Below, in pieces: positions 44,062 to 64,000 of a stretch of DNA of 64,000 nt. Position 1 is the first letter of the stretch, and every line of letters starts with the position of its first letter. Under the pieces are notes generated by a model. It had not been told where the DNA came from. It did not search any database and saw only the letters and a program-made list of their open reading frames with translations. Origin of the DNA: the human T2T-CHM13v2.0 reference genome, Homo sapiens; the NCBI RefSeq assembly GCF_009914755.1, contig NC_060936.1. One strand, 5' to 3'. The position numbers and the translations under genes were made by a program.

Positions 44062-46101
44062 TAGGCTAGTCTCAAACTCCTGGGCTCAAGGGATCTCCCA
44101 CCTTGGCCTCCCAAAGTGCTGGGATTACAGGCCTAAACCACTTTGCCTGGCTTTTTTTTTTTTTTCAATTGAGTCAGGGTCTCACTCTGCCATCCAGGCT
44201 TGAGTGCAGTGGTACGATCATGGCTCACCGAAGCCTCAACCTCCTGGGTTCAATCAATCTGCCTATCTCAGCCTTCTGAGTAGCTGGGACTAAAGGCATG
44301 AGCCACCATGACTGGCTAATTTTTTTATCTATTTTTTGTAGAGACAGGGGTCTCCCTATGTTGCCCAGACTGATCTTGAACTCCTGGGCTCAAGCAATCT
44401 GCCCACCTCAGCCACCAAAAGTGCTGGGATTACAGGCGTGAGCCACCGAGCCCAGCCATCAAGTCCATTTTGAATAAAATCCAACTTCTTATCCTGGTTC
44501 CTAGAGCCATACATGACTTATGCTTGCCCCCTGGCTGACCTCATCTCCTGCAGTTCTCCTCTCTCCAGCTATATTGAACTTTTTAAAATTCCTCCAATAA
44601 TGGCTTTAAAACTTTTCTATTCACAAGTCACAGTCAGAAATACATGTTATATCACAGTCCAAAACATACACTCATGCTATATTTAGAGATATAGATATAT
44701 CAATATATATCACACTATATATATCTCTGCATGCATATATGTATATGTCTCCTAAAGTTTCCTCAAACATTAACCTTTACAATGCATTCTGATATTTTCT
44801 TTTCTACTTCTTTTTCTTTTTCTTTTTTTTTTTTTTTAAGATGGAGTCTCATTCTGTCACCAGGCTGGAGTGCAGTGGCTCACTGCAACCTCCGCCTCCC
44901 GGGTTCAAGTGATTCTCCTGCCTCAGCCTCCCAAGTAGCTGGGACTATAGGAGTGCACCACCACGCCCAGCTAAATTTTTTATTTTTAGTAGAGACGGGG
45001 TTTCACCATGTTGGCTAGGATGGTCTCGATCTCCTGACCTTGTGATCTGCCCGCCTCGGCCTCCCAAAGTGCTGGGATTACAGGTGTGAGCCACTGTGCC
45101 TGGCTACTTCATTTTTTGAATGCTTGTCAGGACTCACTACATTGATTTCACTATCCACTGTGCTCACACACCAAACTTATACTCAGGGCCTTTTCACTGG
45201 CTGTTCCCTCTACCAACAATGCCCTTCCCCCTGACTGCCCGCATTGGCACCTTTTCATCCTTTACATCTCAGGTTAAGTGTCTCCTGTCCAGAGAAGTCA
45301 GCTAGCCTGAAGTAGCCACCTGATCCTTCTCTTTCATGTTCTCAGTATGGCCTTTATCACTCTGATATTTTTCTAGTTTATGGTTTTTGTTGACCTATTT
45401 TTTTGTTGATCGTCTTTCTCCCTCACTATGATAAGGTGGACTCTGTAGGTGCAGTGACCTTCTCACTTTGGTATCATACCTAGAACAGTGCCTGGGAACA
45501 GCAGGTACTCGGTATTATTAGTAGACTGTGGGAATGGGCCTAGTCAAGACTCTTGCTCTCTTTGGGCCTCGGCATTCTCCTCTATACAGTGTGAGGTCGG
45601 AGCCACTCCCCAAGACCCCTCCAGCTCTATCAACCCAGTTTTCCAAGAAGCACCAGAGGATGTGCTCCAGAAACCCAGCGTTGGGCCAGTGGGTGGGACA
45701 GAGATGGCCAAGCAATCAACTGAAGCCAGATACTGAGATGGGGCCTTGCTTCCAGGCTGCTGAAGGCCAAGGATATAAACCCAGGCACAAAACAAAGAAT
45801 GGAAAGGCAGAACTGGGGCCAGCCAGACATCAGGAAGACAACCGTGTTGATGTACTTCCCGTGTGCTAAATGCTCTGCCTGCATCGTGTCATTCAATGCT
45901 TGGTCCTCTGAGGGTGGAAGAGGTGGTACCAAACATCATGATGCATTCTGGCTCCGGAGTCAGCCAGATCAGATTCAAAACCTGACTACAACACTTGCAG
46001 AGGCAGCACAGGTGGAGAATGCAGGCTCAGGCCACAATGCCTGGGTTTAAATCCTGGCCCTGCCAGTTACTACTTATATGTCTTTGTATGACTTTGAGTA
46101 A

Positions 46102-46757
<656 letters not shown>

Positions 46758-47218
46758 TAGCTTTCTTATGTCTTAATGGGGGTATATTCATTGCATTAAC
46801 TCATGCTCTTTCCAGCACATCTCTGGAAAGCTTTCCTGGGGATTAGGAATGCTAAACAAACTTGGAATCTCCTATTGGCTTCCATCCTACCTGACCCTGT
46901 GGGCTGCTGGCCTCTGAATACAGTTTGCCGGTTGGAAGGCTCAAAGCTGAGGTCTGAGTCCAGGGTTCAGCACTTAACTAACCTGTGACCTTAGATAAGC
47001 CACAACCTCTGGGAGCCTCAGTTTTCTCACAAGCACTTAGGATTTTCTGTGCCAGGGTTCTATCCACAGCTGGAAAGTTCTGACAGCCAGCCTCAGTCTC
47101 CCCTACCTCAACACTTTCTCTTCCCTGAAAGAGAGAAAACAGAATTGCCACAGAGAGCCCTAAACTCTGTTATCATCAAGAATCTTGGCCAGGAGTGGTG
47201 GCTTGGCCAAGATTCTTA

Positions 47219-47500
<282 letters not shown>

Positions 47501-47547
47501 TCATGCTTGTAATCTCAGCACTTTGGGAGGCCGAGGTGAGTGGATCA

Positions 47548-47826
<279 letters not shown>

Positions 47827-48390
47827 TTAAAATCCTTTTTTTTTTTCTTTCTTTCTTTTTTTTTTTTTGAGACGGAGTTTCACTCTTGTTGCCCAGGCTG
47901 AAGTGCAGCGGTACAATCTCGGCTCAGGTTCAAGTGATTCTCCTCCCTCAGCCTCCCAAGTAGCTGGAATTACAGGTGTTCGCCACCATGCCCAGCTAAT
48001 TTTTGTATTTTTAGTAGAGATGGGGTTTCACCATGTTGTCCAGGCTGGTCTTGAACTCCTGACTTCAGGTGATCCTCCCGCCTCGGCCTCCCAAAGTGCT
48101 GGGATTACAGGTGTGAGCCACTGCGCCCAGGCAAAAAATCCCTCTCTTGCCCTCACAAATCTAATTCTCAGTCCTTTCCCACATCTCTCCTTTGCCACCT
48201 CCCTGTATCACCTGTGTCTTCTGACACTGACAACACCAAGTCCAACTTCAAACCCCTTTGGCTGGGGTTTGAACTGAATTGAGCAAGAGAGCTGAGAAAT
48301 AACCCTGTGTCCCTTAGACCTCTCAGATCCAGGGAATCAATGGCTCCATTCCTGAGGTCTTTGGCACCTGGAAGGCTCTGTGCTAAGTGC

Positions 48391-48890
48391 TGTTGGGGCT
48401 CAGAAACCAATATCCCAAAAAACAGTGTTTTGTCACGCTCAACTGAAGAAGCCGCCAGGTCTCTCTGACCCTCTCCCCACCCACCGTCTCCCAAAGTGAG
48501 CTTCCTTTATCTGCCTAAGATCCAGACCCACCAAAAGGAACAACTGTTTTTTCTTCCCCTCTCTGTAAGAACAGGAACCTAAGTAACCACACCTGAACAG
48601 ACCCTCTTGCAAGATAATGCACAGGATAGTTTCTGTTCCCCAGATGTATTCCTTCTCCCTAGAAATCTCCTCAACAGAATTCCTCTTCTCCTGCCTCCCA
48701 TCCTCTGTTTTGCCAGGATGGGATACAAGCTCCTGAATCCCACCAGGGAGTGGGCAGTCACCGTGATTCTCCTCATGTACATGTGTTAAATACATTTGTA
48801 TGCTTTTCCTCCAATTAATCTGCCTTTTGTGATTTGAGTTTTCAGCGAACCCTTAGAGGAAGAAGGGAAAAGTTTCTCGTGGCCCCTACA
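48391..48890 (+). mobile_element. Solo ERV1 LTR (MER34/MER39-like), 500 bp, uninterrupted
   Basis: TGTTGGGGCTCAGAAA...GGCCCCTACA termini with perfect 4-bp TSD GTGC (48387-48390 / 48891-48894). Confidence 0.8.
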
Positions 48891-49012
48891 GTGCCCTCCT
48901 TGCATGATCTCATATAAACCTTTCTGCAACTCTACTAAATATAATACTATTGTATTAATGATGAAACCTAAACATAATTGGTGGGGTACAGGGTTCTAGG
49001 TTCATCTGACTC

Positions 49013-50197
<1,185 letters not shown>

Positions 50198-51675
50198 ACT
50201 TCACAGCTCGTTTGAATCAGGGTGCTACTGCAGTGGGACAAGCCAGAACCGCAGGGATAGACTTGCCTTTTCTGAAACAAGGGGAAAATGTCACAGTGGG
50301 AAAGGAGGAGGGATTTCTAGAAGGGAAACAAGATGAAAAGGATAAGGAACCCAGAGACTCAGAATTGTGTCACAATCTGCATATATCAGTCCAGCCTGGG
50401 TGGGAATATACTCAGTACTGAGGGGACAGGAGAGACAGAGAGATGGGAGGAGGGTGGGATAAGTCTGGGAATTCTCAACAGAAGGTAAGGATGTGTGCTG
50501 GGGGGTGGGAGTCTGGGAACAGGAGACAGGGTTGAAGAAAGGTCAGGGGAAGAAGTGGCCCCACCCCCATGCCTGCGGAGAACCGAAAGATCAGGAAGGT
50601 GCTAGCGTGTGAAATGTGTTTATTTTTTCCAAAGGCTAAAAATACAGTGAAAAGGAAACACACACACAAACTAACCTAACCAGAAATGGGGAAAAGTGGT
50701 CACGGCGACGGCTGAGAAATCTGAGACAAGAATTTCAGGAACTGGGATAACTCAGTGACCTGAGCTCGGAAATTCCACCCCATGACGAGTCTCTGGAGAG
50801 CGACTGCTTCCCATCAGCGTCTGGAGCACTTTCCAGCAGCCTGAGGTGGAGCAGAGAGGGAATAAGAGAAGGAGCCAGGAGGAGGTGAATGCCCCCTATT
50901 GAGAGGGCAGACCTGTTACCTTCAGGGAAGGTGGGTATAGGATGGATAAGGCGAGGACCCTCTATTTAGCCCACTCTCAGAGTAATCATAACTGTCTTAA
51001 CAACCTCTTACTAAGATGCCAACAGTCTTGTGAAGTAGTATCATCCCCACTTTATAGATGAAGACACAGAGACACAGAGAGGTTAAACAATTTGACTGAG
51101 GTCTCACAGCCAGCAAATGGCAGTGCTAGGAACCTTTCTGAGATCACAGAGCCCTTTCCTGGGGATCTAATGAAAGCTATGTACCCAGTACCTAGGAAAA
51201 AGCCTTATAATGAATTTATACATATTACATTCAATTTCAGGGAGTTCAAAGAGCCCTGAAGCCCATTCCACGGCAAAGAAATTGGACAGTATGCCAGTGT
51301 TGAATGATCTCCCACCCTTATCCCTGACCCCACAGTCCAGTAAACAAAGCGACAGTGCATATAGGGGAGGGGTGGCTTACAGCAATTGCACACCATCCCT
51401 TCCTTGAAACCTCTACTGGCCTGGGACCTGGGTTTTGCCCTAGCTGATCTGAGAGGCCTCCCCAGCCTGCTCTGGCATGAGGTGGTGATCGGGGTGGCAG
51501 CTGGGAGGGGGTAGGCTGGGAAAGCCATAACAGACTTTGTGGGGAAGCCGGAATTATGCTATACTGGAGGACAACACTTCTTCCTCACCCCCTCAGGGTA
51601 TCCTTTTTCGGGTTGAGATTTGGAACTGCCCAGCCTGGAAAATGAAGGCCTCCTCCCTTAATTAAATGCCCAGGG

Positions 51676-51689
51676 GTTGCTATGGTAAC
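51676..51689. promoter_or_regulatory. RFX X-box (GTTGCTATGGTAAC)
   Basis: Matches the palindromic consensus GTTNCYATRGNAAC, in unique non-Alu DNA. Confidence 0.6.
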
Positions 51690-52791
51690 CAGAGCTTCCA
51701 AATCCTGGCCAGACAATAGGGAGAGGAGCTGTCTCCAGCCTAGACGAGTGAAGCTTCAGGGGCCTTGCTGGGGACAGGAATGGGGCCAGAGGGTGAGAAA
51801 AAAGGGGGTGCCAAATGAGAAGATCAGCCTCCTCTCTCCCTGGAGCTGTGGGAATGGGCCTGTCAGAGCCAAGGGGTCTGAGACAGGGGCAACCCTCCTG
51901 GAAAGGGGAGGCGATGGGGGCGGGTAGCTGGAGCCAGGCACTGCCCAGAACCAAACACCTCCTTTGTTCCCAGAGGAGAAAGCCAGCCAAGTTGGTAAAC
52001 AAAGGGAAGAGGCCAGAGGGCAGACAGCTAAGTGATAAGGCCTGGGACCGCAGAGAGCTGAGTAATGGAGCCCCAGAGACGAGGGGAATCTCCATGGTCC
52101 CACTAACAAGCAGGACACGCGGCAGGCCTGCATACCTTGCCACACTGACACACACAGTCACAGTGATCACACAGGACACACAGGTGTTCCTACAGAAACA
52201 CTGATCTTTGAGGACACTTGGATCCCCTGCTCCTTTGTCCCCGGCCTCTCCTCCGGAGCCCATTAGTCTCCCTCCTTTGGAATGTTTATGGAAGGCAGAG
52301 GGCAGTCCTCACTTTCATGAGCGTGGGCTCCCACAGGTGGGAGAGCTGCACGCAGGTTCAGGGACGTCAGGTCATGGATCCTGTTACTTCACTTTGAGAG
52401 GAGAGACCCTCGTTTGGAAAACATCACAACACAGATCATTCACTTACGTGCCAGGTACTGTGCTGAATGCAATACAGTCTCTAGCTTAATGCCCCCTACA
52501 ACTCTGTGAGGTAAAAAATGACTGTCCTCTTTTACTAGAGAGAGGAATCTGAGGGGAACTTAGGTAAATCAGGCACGCACTCACAGCCGGTAAGTGGAAG
52601 AGCTGGGATTAAACCCAGGTTTGTCTGAATCTTCCCATTTTTCCTACATTTGCTTCAAAAACTTCTTGGAAACTTTTCTGAGCGAGCCCACTCTGTTCTC
52701 TCCCTTCCCTCTCCCACTCGGTGTTACCTAAATACTTCTCTAGAAGCAGTTCCCAATTTGCAAGCTGGTTATTTAAAGGGTTTATATATAA

Positions 52792-53043
<252 letters not shown>

Positions 53044-53301
53044 TAACTTAGGAGGCGGAGGTTGCAGTGAGCAGAGATGGCACCATTGCATTACAGCCTG
53101 GGCGAGAGAGCAAGACTCCATCTAAAAAAAGTTAAATGGGTCCAGAAAGGCCACTTGACCCAGAATTAGCTGACAATGCTACATCTAGTTCAGGATTAGC
53201 CTGGGGACCCAACCATCAGTAATAATAGTGTTTTCTGGGAAATATATCTGGTTACAAAGTGAGAAAGAAACAGCATTCTTTTCTCACTTTCTCCGCCCTC
53301 A

Positions 53302-53988
<687 letters not shown>

Positions 53989-54991
53989 CTAACTATTAAA
54001 TCTCTCCAAAAGCAAATGGGCCTCTTGGTGAAGTAGTGAGTTCTCTGCTGCTGGGAATATTCAAGGAGAAGGTAAATAGCCTATTGAACATATGGTGAAA
54101 GGAAAGAAGCATTGGACAAATAGACTTCTAAGATTTCTCTAAATTTATAAACCCATTTAGCAAAATGTTATATAGTATCTACATGTGCCCAGCACTATGC
54201 CAGAAACAAAGTTTATAGCAGGGGTTCTTGCCCTCATAGAGCTTATAGTCTAATGGGAGAGTCAAGCATTGAATAAACACAACTGATATATTTTTATTTT
54301 TATGTACTTATTTTTTAGTGACAGGGGTCTTGGCTATGTTCCCCAGTCTAGTTTCAAACTTCTGGCCTCAAGCAATCCTCCTGTCTTGGCCTCCCAAAGT
54401 GCTGGGATTATAGGCATGAGCCACCACACCTAGCCCACAACTGAATATATAATTTCAAATTGTGATACAGATTACAATGGAAAATAATAGGGTACTACTA
54501 TGTGAGACTAAGAGAAGGGATCTAATCCAGAGGGATTGTTTGAGGAACTGACCGTGAGGCCGAGATCTGGAGGATGAGTGGGGTCAGCCTGGAAAAGGGC
54601 AGGTATATGTGTATGCATATAGGGAAGGGTTCAGGGTAGAAGCAACGTCAAGGAAGAAGGCCCTAGGGCAGAAAAGAACAGTGTGACTGGAAAATTGTGA
54701 GTGAGGGGAGAGCAGCGAGAGATGACATTGACAAGAGAGGCAGGGCTAGATCTCATAGGTGACGGTAGGAGCTTCCATGCTGCCTAATACCCTGAGCTTT
54801 TTTCTCTCTCTTTTTAATATTTAGAAATGTAGGGGGAGGGTCTCACTGTGTTGCCCAGGCTGGAATGCAGTGGCTATTCATGAGTGCAATCATAGCACAT
54901 TGCAGCCTTAAACTCCTGGCTTCAAGTGATCCTCCTGCCTCAGCCCCTGAGTAGCTGGAACTACAGGCATGCGTCACCATGCCCAACTTGA

Positions 54992-55323
<332 letters not shown>

Positions 55324-55778
55324 TAACTAGCTGTCCCTCTCCAGTCCTAGACCTCTAGGCCTTGGTCTCCACCAGCTCCCTGCAGTTGCAAGGCCTCACC
55401 ATTTCCCTGTGGCTCCTCCCACTTCCCCAGGACCTCTTCATAGTAGTAGGTGCTCCTTGTACTTTATGAGTGTCCCCAGGAGGTGGAGTGGTAGAATTCT
55501 CATGTCTTGTGTGGGACATTCAGGTTCAATTCATTGCCTTTGCAAAGGCCCTCCCTCTCAAGAAGTAGCATAGTTTGGTGGTGAAAGCACAAACTCTGGA
55601 GCCAGACTGCCTGGGTTCAGACAGTGGCTTTGTCACTTACTTGCTGTTCGACCTTGCCAAGTTACTGAACTGCTTCATGCCTCATATGTAGAATGAGGAT
55701 GACCATGCTTATCTCCTAGGAGTGTTATAAGGTAATATTTGCTAAGTGTTTAGGACAGAGCCTGGCATATAAGTACTA

Positions 55779-57180
<1,402 letters not shown>

Positions 57181-58989
57181 ATATGAGTGTTTTTTTTTTT
57201 TTCTTTTTTTTGGAGGCAGGGTCTCACTATTTGCCCAGGCTGGTCTCAAACTCCTGGGCTCAAGTGATCGTCCTGCCTCGGCCTCCCAAAGTGCTGGGAT
57301 TACAGGCATGAGCCACTGGGCCCGACTCAGAGTGTTTCTGAAACAAAATCACCAGCAATAAATCACTACAACATCTCCTGTTTTCCTAGCTCATCCCATG
57401 CTCTCCCAGTCCCATCCCTAGGTCCACAGCAGGGAGCAAGAGGCCCAGCTTGCTGTTATCTCTACTCACCACTTTTTTGTCCAAGGCTTCCTCCGGTCAC
57501 AACTCCGGTACTTAAAAAAACAGCCAGGTGTGGTGTCATGCACCCATAGTCCCAGCTACTCAAGAGGCTGAGTGGAGAGGATCGTTTGAGCCCAGGAGTT
57601 TGAGTTTAGCCTGGGCAACATAAAAAAGGGAATAGGTAGACCTGAGCTCATCCCCACCCAGCCCTCCTCACCCCCAGAATAAAAGATGTTCCTAATGGTA
57701 GGTTGCAGTCAGATCAAGGTATATTGGTGACTCCCCTTCCTTCTCTCTCCCTCCTCCTCTCCCCTCACCTCTTCCTTCCAGCTGTTTTCAGGTTCTGAGA
57801 GTATTCTGAATACACTAAATATATCACTGATCCACCTGCACCTGGAGCCCCGCTTTCTGGGCCTTGGTCCTGATCCCCATGGCTGAATTCAGTGCTCATC
57901 CACCTACTCCCATACCACCAAATGCTCATTCCCAATGTGGAACTTAACACTTCTGCATCATAACCACCGGCTTTCTTGTTGGTGTCCTTGAGGGGAGCAG
58001 CTGTCTGCCTATTCTCTGTTGCATCCCAGGGCCTACATATGGCACTTACCACTCTAGCCTCATTTCTCACCAGTCCTGCTCCTGGCATCTCTGAGCCAGC
58101 CACGAGGGCCTGCTGTCAGCTTCTCAGGTCTGCTGAGAGGGAATCTCAGGGCCTTTCCAGGTGCTTCCCTCCTGCCCAAAGTGCTCCTCCTCAGGTCCTC
58201 GCCTGGCCAGCTCCTACTTCTTCTTCAGGTCTCTCAGCTTACCTGTCACTCCAGGAAGCCTTCCATGAAGCCCCTGTGTCTAGATAAGTGGCCCTCCTTT
58301 GGGGTCTTCCAGCACAGGCATTGGCACTGTATTTTAAGCATCTCTTTGTGCCTCCCACTTGCCTGCAGAACTCAGGCAGGGCAGGGACCATGCTTATCTA
58401 ATTTGCTGTTGCATCCTTAGTGCCTAGCCCAGAGCCCAGCTCAAAATAGACCAGGGTTTATGCCCTGGGGCCCGTGGATGAGCTGCCAGGGGTTCCTGAT
58501 GCTCCCAAAATCACATGAAAATGTTTGTAGGCTTATAGTGCATTCTTTTTGGGAGATAATCTGTATTTTTTTATATCATACTCTCAAAGGATATGTGACA
58601 CCCCTGCCCCCTAAAAAAGGTTAAGAATCAGTGTGTGTAAGCTTTCTGTAAATACTCGTTTTTGATTGGATGCATCCATCGTGACAATAATAGGTGATAC
58701 TCAATAAACATTATTGAATGAATGAATGAGCCTCCTCTTCACAATTACAGTGTTTTAAATGTTTTCAATGGATTGAGAAAAACCTCAGAAGAAACCTTTG
58801 CCAGAAAAAGTTAAAGTGCCCGTTGCTTCAGCCCCTGACTCTGTGGTCCTAAATACGCGGCTCCTCAGTGGGGCCCACAGCTTAAGACCAACGCTTCACA
58901 GGCTCACAGCCCCTGTCAGAACCCATCTCCTGCCCTGAAATCCACCTACTGCGCCTTTGCAGCCTGTCAGCTGAAAATAATCCCAGTGA

Positions 58990-59700
58990 AAGCAGGGGCG
59001 AGGTGGAAGCAGAGGAAGCAGGCCCACACACGCCTTTAATGCGGGGGATTCTGCCCCCTGCTGGCTGCCCGGCTCCCCTTCAGCGCCCGGCCGAGAGCCC
59101 GGTGGCTGCGACTGAGGTCAGAGCCGGGAGAGGAGAGGGAGGGAGCGAGGCGGAGGCGCCTCGGGAGGGGGCCATCGCCCACCGGGCAGTCTTCCCACCG
59201 ACGATTAGGCTTTGTCTTCAAAACAAGTTAGAGGTGGTGGCTTCTGCTTTGGAGCCCCCTCGCTTCTTTTCCCGGCTCTCCCGTCTTCGACTTCCAAATT
59301 AGGAGCTTAGGGAGGGCAGGGGGCGTGGTGGGGGTGGAGGTCCTTCTGGAGCTCAAGGGAGGTCCAGTCATCCAGACTTGGCTTTCTCATCGATCCCTTT
59401 TCCCAGAGCCTGGTTACTGCCGGCACCTTTGGATCCTCGGCCAATTCTCTGCTTCGCCTACACTTGGCGTGCGGTGTACCAGCCTCCCCGCGTCACCATG
59501 GAAACAGGAGCCTCTGCATCCATCCCAGAGCTGATCTGTGAAGCTATGAGAAGAATCTGGAGGTGTGTGTGTGTGTGTTTGGGCGGGGCGGGTAGAGAGA
59601 TAAAGGAAGGGCAAAAGGGAAAAGGTTCAGAGAAAATATGGAGAGAGAAAGAAATCTGGGCGAAGGGGCGGGATTGCTTTATAAGGGTTATTGAATAACT
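58990..59700. promoter_or_regulatory. Orphan CpG-rich promoter/enhancer-like island with CTCF motif, RFX X-box and GC boxes
   Basis: Local CpG enrichment; GCCAGCAGGGGGCAG (-) 59051-59065; GTCACCATGGAAAC 59492-59505; GGGCGGGGCGGG at 59581. Confidence 0.6.
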
Positions 59701-60348
59701 GGTACCCTGTGGAGACGGTCAGCTTCCCTGACAGACCATAAATGCTGTCCTCTCATAGTCAGTCTGAACTGGCCGAACCTCCTTACGGACTGTCAGTTAG
59801 TAGTCATGTAACCTTGAGTGAGTGACTTAGCCCCTCTAAGCATCACTTTTCTTATCTGTAAAATAAAAATAATAGCAGCACTCCACAGGGTTATTGTAAA
59901 AACCAAGGAGGGGGGATTCATATACAGCACTTAATACAGTGCTTAGCACATAGTGAGTGCTCAAAAATGTAGTTACGGTTGTACATGCTTATGTATCTTT
60001 AGTAATGATTTCTGTTATTTCTGTATTTTTCCTCTGCTGAATCAATCGCCAGCTCTTCAATAATAATACCTTAAAAATAATTTAGAATTTTTTTTCTCAG
60101 CTTACTGCAACCTCTGCCTCCTGAGTTCAAGTGATTCTCCTGCCTCAGCCTCCCGAGTAGCTGGGACTACAGGCACATGCCACCACACTCGACTAATTTT
60201 TTATTTTTAGTACAGACAGGGTTTCACCATGTTGGCCAGGCTGGTCTCAAACTCCTGACCTCAGGTAATCCACTCACCTCAGCCTCCCAAAGTGCTGGGA
60301 TTATAGGTGTGAGCCACCGCACCCGGCATACTTTAGAATTTTTAAAAT

Positions 60349-60859
<511 letters not shown>

Positions 60860-60862
60860 TGA

Positions 60863-61682
<820 letters not shown>

Positions 61683-61814
61683 TTACACACATTTTCTCAT
61701 TTGGCCCACTCCAATCCTGAAAAATACGAAGGGATTACTCACCCCACTTTGCAGATGAAGATAGAAATTCAGAATTTAACCTTGTTCAAAGGCTTGTCTC
61801 TGACCTGGTGCTAA

Positions 61815-62298
<484 letters not shown>

Positions 62299-62469
62299 TG
62301 ATCTGCCCACCTCAGCCTCCGAAAGTGCTGGGATTACAGGCGTGAACCACTGCGCCCGGCTGGGAATATTTTTAATGTATATATTAATATTTTAATATTA
62401 AGATATTTTAATTATAGATTTAATAGCCTTTGTGAAAGAGTGAGACTCCGTCTCAAAAAAAAAAAATTC

Positions 62470-63230
62470 CCACAGAAGGGGAATGACTGCTAATGGCTAA
62501 GGTTTCTTTATGTTCTAAATTTGAAAATGTTCTAAATGTTGTAAATTTGGTTGTGGTGATGGTTGCACAAGTGTGTGAATAACTAAAAATCATGAAATTG
62601 TACATTTTTTTCATGCCTCTGAGACAAGTTCAAGAATCGTACATTTTAAATGGGTGAATTGCTTGGTATGTGAATTATGTCTCAATACAGCTGTTATTTT
62701 TTAAATTCACACAAATCAAATCCCAGGCCCAGATGTGGCACCAGTGAATTCTACCAAACATTTAAGGAAGAAATAATGCCAACTGGACATAAATGCTTGC
62801 AAATAATAGAAATAAACAGCTGGGCCCAGCAGCTCATGCCTGTAATACCAGCTCTTTGGGAGGCCAAGGCAGGTGGATCACTTGAGCCCAGGAATTTGAG
62901 ACCAGCCTGGTCAACATGGTGAAACCTCATCTCTACAAAAAAATACAAAAAACTAGGCGGGCAAGGTGGCATGCACCTGTAGTCCCAGCTACTTGGGAGG
63001 CTTGAGGTGGGAGGAGTGCCTGAGTAGGGGAGGTTGAGGCTGCAGTGAGCCGTGATTGTGCCATTGCACTCCAGCCTGGGTGACAGAGTGAGACTGTCTC
63101 AAAAAGAAAAACAAAAACAAAAAACAAAGAAGAAGAAGACAGAAAAGAAAAGAAAGGCTACTCCCTTCAATTCATTTTATTAGACAAACATAACCTTGAT
63201 ATTAAATCCCATAAAGACATTATAAGAAAG
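62470..63230 (+). mobile_element. Old L1M (L1MB/ME-like) fragments with an Alu insertion
   Basis: gaatgactgctaatgg..gtggtgatggttgcaca..tttaaatgggtgaatt..gtatgtgaattat (3'UTR) and ccaggcccagat..gtgaattctaccaaacatttaaggaagaaataat (ORF2-like). Confidence 0.65.
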
Positions 63231-63544
63231 AGGGGTGGGCATAATGGCTCACACATGTAATCCCAGCACTTTAGGAGGCCTAGGTGGGAGGATTGCTTGA
63301 GACCAAGAGTTCCCAACCTGGGCAACATAGTGAGACCTCATCTCTACGAAAGATTTTTTTTTTCTAATTGGCCAATTAAAAAATATTTTTAGGTTCAAGT
63401 CTGTAGTCCTAGCTACTTGGGAGGCTGAAGCGGGAGGATCTCTTGAGCCCAGAAGTTAGATGTTAGTGAGCTGTGATCATGCCACTGCACTCCAGCCTGG
63501 ATGATAGCAAGACCTTATCTCAAAACAATAAAATAAATAAATAA

Positions 63545-63970
<426 letters not shown>

Positions 63971-64000
63971 TAAAAAATATCAAGTACCTTAGAATAATTC

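Noticed and set aside
51658-52263. 201-aa minus-strand ORF and overlapping ORFs
   Set aside because: No recognisable domain, low-complexity composition and no supporting splice structure; expected by chance in GC-rich DNA.

Overview
Human (primate) genomic DNA, recognisable as chr12q13.12 and saturated with Alu elements. It holds two spliced protein-coding genes, both on the minus strand. DDX23 (U5-100K/hPrp28 DEAD-box helicase) is present from non-coding exon 1 (~20276-20360) through coding exons 2-15 (13973 down to 106); its last exons lie left of the window. RND1 (Rho-family GTPase, 232 aa) is complete, with 5 coding exons between 33966 and 26190. The ~30 kb upstream of RND1 has no protein-coding gene that I can support. 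It contains LTRs, DNA transposons, a U6 retrocopy and two candidate regulatory islands. Almost all other ORFs in the track are Alu/SVA artefacts. I found no convincing new multi-gene system. The best leads are small elements. (1) A strong-Kozak 7-codon uORF in DDX23 exon 1, with the main AUG context built by splicing. (2) A BC200 (BCYRN1) retrocopy abutting the non-canonical 3' end of RND1. (3) A 99-bp copy of DDX23 promoter-proximal DNA pasted into an Alu 2 kb away. (4) A TSD-less SVA that appears to have deleted an Alu left arm. (5) Convergent CTCF-like motifs bracketing RND1 and its upstream region. (6) Two RFX X-boxes, one in an orphan CpG-rich promoter-like island. (7) An 81-bp Tigger-derived hairpin. 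Repeat family names, motif consensus sequences and the locus identity come from memory, not from a database search.
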